Below, one piece after another: positions 1 to 6,971 of a stretch of DNA of 64,000 nucleotides. Numbering within the stretch: the stretch's first letter is position 1; the number at the start of each line of letters is the position of its first letter. This DNA is from Eledone cirrhosa (Eukaryota), in assembly GCA_964016885.1 (NCBI GenBank), contig OZ024741.1:190774001-190838000 (forward strand), in the 5' to 3' direction. The notes beneath the pieces are model-generated. The model ran no database searches, was not told the DNA's origin, and saw only the letters and a program-made list of their open reading frames with translations. The position numbers and the translations under genes were made by a program.

Positions 1-21
1 AACTGGAAGGATGTTTATATA

Positions 22-68
22 TTGTCAAAGCTCTTTTGTCACACATTCTGTGACCTCCTCAGTGACTA
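22..68 (-). ncRNA. Degenerate minimal type I hammerhead ribozyme in the 3' region (pseudo-LTR) of a Penelope-like element
   Basis: The minus strand reads UA-GUCA-CUGAGGA-GGUCACA-gaaug-UGUGAC-AAAA-GAGC-UU-UGAC-AA: stem I GUCA/UGAC, CUGANGA box, 6-bp stem II, GAAA box altered to AAAA, minimal stem III, UH site. It lies ~220 nt downstream of the GIY-YIG ORF on the same strand. PLEs are known to carry minimal hammerheads. Confidence 0.6.
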
Positions 69-286
69 GGTTTTATTTTGTGTCTCTCTCCTTTGTTCTG
101 TCCTACACCATCTTGTTTTTATGTGTTGTGTGCTTAGTTTGCGCATGTGTTAAATCCGTGTATGTATGTGTTTTTATTTATTTATTTATGTGTTTACTTA
201 CTTGTCACTAGTTGGTTGTTTGTTCTATCTGTGTGTGTCTGGTTTGTTTTGTTAGCTTGGTTTTTGTGTATGTCTTCATTTTGTCT

Positions 287-820
287 TTAATTACTAGTTG
301 TGATGTTGCTATTCCACTTATGTTTTCTGTTTAATTTTGGTTGGAGTTTGTTTATATTTGTTGCCTCAGTGATTTGTCTGAGCATTGCATCTTTTCTGGG
401 TGTGGATATAATGTTTATCTCTATGTTTTCTAATATGCCGCTATGTTCTATTTTGGCATGTTGGTGGAGTACTGATGAGTTTTTCTCAACCTGGAGTTCT
501 CGCCAGTGTTCACTTATCCTTTCTCCTATGCTACAGGCTGTTTTACCTATGTATGTTGTGTTCTTATTCCTACACTGTCCCTCAGTACATCTTATGTTAT
601 ATATTACATTCCTAGTTTTGTAGTTAGTTTGTGGGCTCAGCTTGCAGACTATGTATTTCCTATCAGCACAGGGGGATCTTTGAAATGGGTATGTTTTGCT
701 AATTAGAGTTTTTATGGGAATACCGGGTCTTTCAACTATCTTAATATTTAATTTGAGCTTCTCTAGGGCCCTTCTAAATCTATAAGCTAGTTCGCCACTA
801 GGGGTTGTATTGACGAACAT
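287..820 (-). pseudogene. GIY-YIG endonuclease domain fragment of the Penelope-like element ORF
   Basis: VIY...YIG motifs, Cys residues in the linker and between VIY and YIG, conserved His, and terminal E/LN motifs. No reverse transcriptase in the window; the upstream frame is disrupted. Confidence 0.8.
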
Positions 821-1010
821 TACACTCTGGTATTTATTGCTATCATATCATGAGTTTATTTGCCTTATTCCTAATCCTTTCTATTTTATTCCAAAATTTG
901 CTCCTATACATAGGGTAAGTAATAAATTGAAGTAAAAACCAACTGGTGCATGTGTTTTTATTGGCAGCATAACCCTCCCAAAGTATAACATTATATATAT
1001 ATATTTGTAA

Positions 1011-1130
1011 AGGCATGTGGCTGAGTGGTTACAGAATTGGATTCACAATTGTGAGGTTGTGAGTTCCATTCCTGGACCATGTGATGCGTTATGTCCTTGA
1101 GCAAGACTCTTAATTTCATGTTACTCCTTC
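1011..1130 (+). mobile_element. tRNA-derived SINE (family A), + strand copy
   Basis: A-box-like TGGCTGAGTGG, B-box-like GAGTTCCATTCC, then TGTCCTTGAGCAAGACTCTTAATTTCA. Homologous to the reverse complement of 1480-1598. Confidence 0.75.
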
Positions 1131-1254
1131 TACCTGGAGTTTTGACTGATAGATAGTGTTAGCAATTGGAAAAACCAATGGAAACATTGTTTCCTTGGTC
1201 CAATTTGACGAAAGTCAATCGACTGTTGATATATATATAAATATATATATATAT

Positions 1255-1410
1255 ATCATCATCATCATCATCATCATTCCATTTTACGTCCGCTTTTTCC
1301 CTGCTTGCAAGGGTGGGACGGGAACTGGCTTGATTTTTACAGCTGGATGCCCTTCCTAACACCAACCTCATTTACAGTGAGTGCTGGGTGCTTTTTTGCC
1401 GTGGCACCTC
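1255..1410 (-). mobile_element. 3' end of a retroposon (LINE-tail/SINE) terminating in (GAT)n
   Basis: The minus strand ends ...CCTTGCAAGCAGGGAAAAAGCGGACGTAAAATGGAA(TGA)n. A similar tail occurs on + at ~4260-4322 (CCATGCAAGCATGAAAAATAGAGGCAAAAATGGTAA(TGA)n). Confidence 0.55.
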
Positions 1411-1451
1411 CACGACCACTTTGCAGTGGAATGATATGGACCCCAGTCCCT

Positions 1452-1599
1452 ATCATCTCATTTCTACAGCTGAGTAAACTGGAGCAATGTGAAATAAAGT
1501 GTCTTGCTCAAGGAAACAACACATCACCCGGTCTGAGAATTGAATTCACAACCTTTCGATTGCAAGGCCAATGCTCTAACCACTAAGCCATGTGCCTCC
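1452..1599 (-). mobile_element. tRNA-derived SINE (family A), - strand copy
   Basis: Reverse complement: GGAGGCACATGGCTTAGTGGTTAGAGCA...GGTTGTGAATTCAATTCTC...TTCCTTGAGCAAGACACTTTATTTCACATTGCTCCAG, with Pol III A/B boxes and the same core as 1011-1130. Confidence 0.8.
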
Positions 1600-2211
1600 A
1601 ATATATATATATACATATTTGCATCATCATTTAACATTGGCCATCACTGTTAGCAAGGTTTACATGTATATAAATATACATACACACACATGTATGTATG
1701 CCTATATATGTATGTACAAATGGAAGTTTAGTAAAATAGAAGTTTTTCTGTCGCCAAGCTAACAATATACAATTAGGAATGTGCAGCTAAGCACTCAATA
1801 AGGTTGGGTCACCTTAGAGTAATAACATACATTAGATAGCTTGACAAGATAGCTTGACAAATTGAAAACTGCGGCAGGCGAAAAACCAAAGCAACCAGGT
1901 TACATATATATGTATGTAGGTTATATGTATGTATATGTATGTATATGTATATGTATCTATTTAAATGTTTTGTTGTTGGAAATACTTGTAATTTAATCTC
2001 TGTTTGTTATTTAAATTGGAGGTTCCAGTGATAATGTGGTAGTCATGGGTTTGGATAATTCATCTCTTTCCTCACCCCCCTCTCTATCTTTCTACAACCC
2101 CTTTTCTTAGTCTCTCTCAGTAAAAACCATCATTCCGACTCACATTTCTCTTATGGTATAAAAATCTATCTATGGTATAAAAAGATATCATTTATGGGTT
2201 TCTATGAACTA

Positions 2212-2392
2212 TAGGCAGTGAATTTGCAGAGTGGTTAGAGTGTAGGAAAAACCGTTGTGTATGTGTTCTGGCTTTCTGCACTCTGAGATGAAATCTGCTT
2301 GATAGTACCAGTCAGTATCTGTTGACTGGCCAACTTATTTGAGTATTAGATGAGATACCTTGTGATATTTGCTTCAGCTCTTTATACTCTTA
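2212..2392 (+). mobile_element. Degraded SINE fragments (family B-like head, partially repeated)
   Basis: GGCAGTGAATTTGCAGAGTGGTTAGAGTG...CACTCTGAGATGAAATCTGC resembles the reverse complement of the 5' end of the SINE at 5716-5900; heavily diverged. Confidence 0.45.
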
Positions 2393-2504
2393 GGTGGTAG
2401 ATTTAATCCATCACCTACATTAACACCATCACCTGGTCCTTGATCACCTTTAGTAGATTTTTGTTGTTGTTGAAATCATTTGGGTTAAGTCTCTTCTTGT
2501 TTAA

Positions 2505-2725
2505 CCCTTTAACATTTACATTACTTTGTATTTACTATTATATTTTTATGGTAAACACATTATTTCACATAATTAACTCACATAATATTGAACCTATGAG
2601 ATTTTGATATTATTTATTTTGGGAACAATACCTTAACACCAGTATGAGCAGCTGGCTATGGCCAGTTTGAACAGAAAGAGGGGAAAGAATTCTGGCCAGA
2701 TATGGCTGGTTTAAATGCTAAAGGG
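2505..2725. mobile_element. Non-autonomous piggyBac-like MITE
   Basis: TTAA at 2501-2504 and 2726-2729. The termini CCCTTTAACATTTA (2505-2518) and TAAATGCTAAAGGG (2712-2725) are inverted repeats with 13/14 match. CCC...GGG ends with a TTAA target duplication are the piggyBac signature. Confidence 0.75.
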
Positions 2726-2894
2726 TTAAGGATAACTTCTTTCCTTTTTCCTATGTTCTCACATCAAATCCTGCATTCATCTTTGTGTGGCAAGACCATT
2801 GAAATAAATACCAGACATGTACTGACATTGATTAAATGGATAATTATAGATTTCCTTGTACTTAAGCATATTATCTTATTTTCTAAATCAACAG

Positions 2895-3030
2895 GTTATA
2901 ATCACAAATTTGAAAAACACTAAGTCCAAATATTACTTTCCATGTGGGAGATGGTTGTCAAAAGGCAAAGATGATGGCAAGATTTATCGAAATCTATATG
3001 GAAGCAGCAATCCATTTTTTGTAAGGAAAG
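2895..3030 (+). CDS. Internal coding exon of a multi-PLAT/LH2-domain protein (LOXHD1-like): C-terminal half of a PLAT domain
   Basis: Acceptor tcttattttctaaatcaacAG, donor AG|GTAATT. Encodes VIITNLKNTKSKYYFPCGRWLSKGKDDGKIYRNLYGSSNPFFVRK; YYFPC.RWL...DDG.I.R.L is the PLAT C-terminal motif. 136 nt, ends in phase 1. Confidence 0.88.
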
Positions 3031-3099
3031 GTAATTTTGTTGAAACTTCATCTCTATCATTAAACTTTTGCCGTGTTATATTTTTTATTGGCTCAGTCG

Positions 3100-3480
3100 G
3101 TGAAGGAAGGGCAGCAGTCAGAACTCTTTTTCATGGCATCCAAGATTAGTGAGAGCAAGAGCAGCAGTCAGGATCCCTTCTCAGGGCTTGTAAGTGATGG
3201 GAAAAAGGGAAGGAATCAAGAAACATTACAGGGACTTTGACACAGGTGGGAGCAAGGGAAGCAGTCAGGGACCTTCTCAGGGACTTTGGCATTAGTGGTG
3301 AGAAGAGAAGCAGCTATGACCCTTTTCAGAGACTTTGACTCTGATGGGAAGAAGTGAAGCAGTCTGGACCCTTTTCAGGGTCTCCAAGATTGGTGAGAGA
3401 AAGAGCAGGGTTTGCATCACTGGTGGCAAGAAGGACAGTACTAATGATTCTCTTTAGGACCTCCAACACTATTGGGAGGA
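3100..3480. repeat. Old degenerate ~48-49 bp minisatellite
   Basis: The motif (G)AAGCAGTCAGG.ACCCTT.TCAGGG recurs at ~3112, 3161, 3258, 3307 and 3356. Confidence 0.7.
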
Positions 3481-3889
3481 AGGGAGGAAGGTACTTTCAA
3501 ATCACAACTGCAGTCTCAATACATACAACAGAGTGGTTTCTCCAAAAGGCCTCCAAGGGCCAGGAGGTGGTTTTAAATCAAGTGACAGATTAAGTCTACC
3601 ACCCAAATTGTGAGTTTAGTTGTGGGTTGGTTGTGATGCGAGAATAGGTGATATGCAGCAGAGAGATAATTAAACCTGGCTGGTTTGAGTAGAGGTAAAA
3701 TGGAGCCGATATGTCTATAACAACAGCAATCATACTTCATAGCTGCTATCTACAATAAGTTTTCTGTTGTTTAAAGATGTTTTATAAACAATTCTCTCTT
3801 GTACATCTTTATCATTATTCTTCCTTTAATATTTATTTTTAACAGTTTCATCATGTTTTAGAATATATGTTAAATGTATGAAACATTAT

Positions 3890-4192
3890 TTATACTATAT
3901 ATATATATATATATATACACATATATATATATATACACATATATATATATATATACACACGCACATACATACATACATTTATACAGACACACAAAATTCC
4001 ATGTGCATATTTACACAGATTAGAGCACTCCTGATATTTGTCAATATACAATGAAAATATTGTAAATGTATACTCTAACACACACACACACACACATACA
4101 CAGACGCGCGGGCGCAGATACACACACACATGCGCACACACACACACACACAGACGCGTGCGCACACACACACATATACAAATATATACACA
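3890..4192. repeat. Compound (TA)n/(CA)n microsatellite region
   Basis: Direct reading: TA, CATA, CA and CG/CA runs. Confidence 0.9.
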
Positions 4193-4296
4193 CAATGTTT
4201 AGTGTGTATCGAGATGCAATCATCTCACTTGTTTGGCCTCAGAAATGACTACCCTTTGATTCCATGCAAGCATGAAAAATAGAGGCAAAAATGGTA

Positions 4297-4423
<127 letters not shown>

Positions 4424-4560
4424 CGTTATTCCGGGTTGAATCGGAGGTAACCACAGTAAGTAAGGTACTCAATACATAGCAGAGTATAAAAGTTTTAATA
4501 TAGATGAGATTCTACAGGACAAGAACTGTTTCATTCTTTAGAAATCATCAGGAATCCCTG
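4424..4560 (-). mobile_element. Short hammerhead-containing element embedded in microsatellite (PLE pseudo-LTR fragment or retrozyme-like)
   Basis: About 135 bp of complex sequence between (TA)n and (TG)/(TA)n tracts, containing the hammerhead at 4506-4558. It shares TAAG(GT/C)ACTCAATA with a similarly microsatellite-flanked segment near 1790. Confidence 0.5.
4506..4558 (-). ncRNA. Type I hammerhead ribozyme
   Basis: Minus strand: GGGAUUC-CUGAUGA-UUUCUAAAGAAU-GAAA-CAG-uucuuguc-CUG-UA-GAAUCUC. 7-bp stem I (one G-U), intact CUGAUGA and GAAA boxes, short stem II (UUC/GAA, U-U at the base), stem III CAG/CUG, GUA cleavage triplet. Confidence 0.8.
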
Positions 4561-4775
4561 GTGTATGTGTGTATATATATATATATATATACACACATAC
4601 ACCATATTCTGATTGGTTTGTTCTCCAATAATCACCAGATGTCATACTTCTAGATATCCTACATATATATCTGGTCCTTGACTAGATTCAAAATAGGAAC
4701 AATTATTTCTAGGTTTAGAAATACACTGAGAGAATTATTTCTATATTAAAGGTAGTACTGACCTCACCCACCAAA

Positions 4776-5095
4776 CCCCTGATACATGTCACACCATGAT
4801 ACACCCCCTAGTAACCCATAATACACTATAATTGTTTCTACTTTTGGCACAAGGCCAGCAATTATCCAGTACATTACTGGTACTTTATTTTATCGACGCC
4901 GTAAGGATGAAAGGCAAAGTTAACCTCGGCGGGATTTGAACTCAGACCGTAAAGGGACGTAACTATGCTGGAAAGCATGGTGTCCGACTCTCTACCGATA
5001 CTGCCAATCCGTACCCCTAACATACTCATAACCCATAATACTCCATGATGTACCCCTAACATACCTGTAACCCATAGTATGCCATGACATACTCT
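4776..5095. repeat. Degenerate ~39 bp minisatellite interrupted by a SINE
   Basis: GTACCCCTAACATAC...TAACCCATA.TA..CCATGA units at 5011 and 5050, with related sequence at 4776-4828 on the other side of the SINE. Confidence 0.5.
4828..5012 (-). mobile_element. tRNA-derived SINE (family B), copy 1
   Basis: B-box on the minus strand (GAGTTCAAATCCC). Colinear and highly similar to 5711-5900. Confidence 0.8.
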
Positions 5096-5179
5096 TTATC
5101 ATAAGATATTCCTGACTTATGAGGACCCTCCTGGAGGGAATGTCATGAGTTTTGGGGGTTTATTTGCCTTTCCTTTTTA

Positions 5180-5324
5180 CAGGTACACACACATTTATAT
5201 ATATATATACCAGTACACACACATATACATATACAGATACACACTCATATATTCAGGTACACACATATATATATACAGGTTCACACACACACATACACCA
5301 CACACATCACACATATATATATAT
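5180..5324. repeat. Degenerate CA/TA microsatellite with recurring CAGGTACACACA subunits
   Basis: Direct reading. Confidence 0.75.
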
Positions 5325-5715
5325 GAAAGTCAAATTTGCACTCCAGACTTCCAGGGTTGATAAAATATAGTAACATGTTGTGGGAAAAACCCTGAATAGC
5401 CCTGTGGACTAGGTGAAAAGCCTATAAATAAGAACTGAAGTGAACTTTCTGGTAGAGTGTGTGTATAGAGTTTTGTTGTAGTCTCTTGTTGGCAGTTCTG
5501 AATTATGCTTGGTGAATACCTTGGGTTTTACCCTCGTTTTGTACAGATATACTAAACAGGTGTGCCACACCATTATAACAGAACAGTTAACTGCTGCGGT
5601 AGATCTAATTGACTTCCTTCTCCCCAAATTAATGGTCTTGTACCTATATTAAAAACCATTATTAAGCTGGTGCTAGGAACATAACTTAACAAAGGTTCTT
5701 ACATGAAATTATAAT

Positions 5716-5900
5716 TGTTTCTACTTTAGGCACAAGGCCAGCAATTACCCAGTGCATTACTGGTACTTTATTTTATCGACCCCGTAAGGATGAAAGGCAA
5801 AGTTAACCTCGGTGGAATTTGAACTCAGATCGTAAAGGGACGTAACTATGCTGGAAAGCATGGCGTCCGACCCTCTACCGATACTGCCAATCCACTGCCC
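5716..5900 (-). mobile_element. tRNA-derived SINE (family B), copy 2, with 16-bp target-site duplication
   Basis: Flanked by a perfect TACATGAAATTATAAT at 5700-5715 and 5901-5916. The minus strand has A-box-like TGGCAGTATCGG and B-box GAGTTCAAATTCC. Confidence 0.88.
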
Positions 5901-6016
5901 TACATGAAATTATAATGAAAGGTTCTTAGATAAATATAAATACTATAAAACAGTCTTGTATTGTAGAACCAAGAGCAGTTTCAAAAGGTATGGTAACAAA
6001 AGGGTTAAAAAGTACT

Positions 6017-6116
6017 CATCATCATCACCATCATCATTATCATCATCACCACGATCATCATCATTACCACCATCACCACCATCATCCTCATCATCACCAC
6101 CTCCATCACCATTCAC
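6017..6116. repeat. (CAT/CAC)n trinucleotide microsatellite
   Basis: Direct reading; source of the poly-His and poly-Ser/Pro ORF calls. Confidence 0.9.
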
Positions 6117-6175
6117 CCTCCTCATATATGGCCCTCATGATCTTTATTATTATTTCTATGTTTTCCATTTACCAG

Positions 6176-6320
6176 AGAGTTGTTACAGGGTCAGTGTGTA
6201 CACAGGAAACGGGAAGGGAGCCGGCACCAGTGCAACAGTCAGCATGGTTTTGTTTGGAGATCATGGCAATTCCTCACAGATGGAACTCTACAATGAAAGT
6301 CTCACCTTTGACAGGGGGAG
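6176..6320 (+). CDS. Internal coding exon of the LOXHD1-like gene: N-terminal half of the next PLAT domain
   Basis: Acceptor ttttccatttacCAG, donor AG|GTAATT. The phase-1 start completes G+AG=Glu with exon 2895-3030. Encodes (E)SCYRVSVYTGNGKGAGTSATVSMVLFGDHGNSSQMELYNESLTFDRG; Y.V.V.TG...GAGT.A.V...L.G..G.S...L......F.RG is the PLAT N-terminal motif. Ends in phase 2. Confidence 0.9.
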
Positions 6321-6647
6321 GTAATTATAACAACGACTTGTTCAAAATGTCTTTTTCCTTTTTCTTTTCCTTTGATTTTATGTGTGTGTAAGTTGTCTAC
6401 TAAGATTGTGGTTAGAAGTTCTAGCAACCATCAAATATAACAGTGAATTAATTTGCTTCCTGGCATTTATTTTTGCTGATATTTTTACATTCCACCAAAC
6501 CAATTCTATACAAAATATCCTGTTTCTTGTTGTATTCAAAAGTAGGAATTTTACCAATTTTGAATCTATTGCTTTCTTCTTTAAACCTATCTTAGTTTTG
6601 ATGTATTTAAAAAAAAAAAAGAAATCGAAAAAAAAGGCAAGTTTAAG

Positions 6648-6726
6648 AACTACTACTACTACTACTACCACCACCACAACCATCACCACCACCACTACTA
6701 CCACTACTACTACTACTACTACAACA

Positions 6727-6774
<48 letters not shown>
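6648..6774. repeat. (ACT/ACC)n trinucleotide microsatellite
   Basis: Direct reading; source of the poly-Thr/poly-Val ORF calls. Confidence 0.92.
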
Positions 6775-6775
<1 letters not shown>

Positions 6776-6971
6776 GGAGCAGTTTTGAGTGGTTTGGTAA
6801 CAAAAGGGGTAAATGTCATATGTCTTTAGTTTTACAGTTCGGTCAGCGTAATTCTCTAGCTTTCCAGCTTGGTTCTACACAACACTATAGAAATTTGCTA
6901 CTACTATATTGTTAATCAGTATACAATTGTTATTTTGGAATTGGAGAATGATGTCAGACTTATGTGCTAAT

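Larger units (their letters stand above)
1..915 (-). mobile_element. 5'-truncated, decayed Penelope-like retroelement (linker + GIY-YIG endonuclease + 3' non-coding region); may continue left of the window
   Basis: ORF 287-820(-) has NVIYNIRC...YIGKT...R..EH and C-terminal RQITEA..I....PKLN, typical of PLE GIY-YIG endonucleases. Upstream the reading continues through a frameshift and stop (PMYRSKFWNKIERIRNK...YDSNKYQSV-MFV) to ~915. A hammerhead-like motif lies downstream. Confidence 0.85.

Noticed and set aside
11-706. Hydrophobic + strand ORFs (11-211, 300-623, 506-706)
   Set aside because: Antisense shadows of the A-rich Penelope-like element; no recognisable motifs.
1011-1599. Possible tRNA genes
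   Set aside because: A/B boxes are present but there is no complete cloverleaf, and they continue into SINE body sequence.
3354-3593. 79-aa ORF as an additional exon
   Set aside because: It overlaps a degenerate minisatellite and has no PLAT similarity; the flanking exons already join in frame.
5943-6915. Poly-His, poly-Asp, poly-Thr and poly-Val ORFs
   Set aside because: Trinucleotide microsatellites; only 6176-6320 has splice signals and domain homology.
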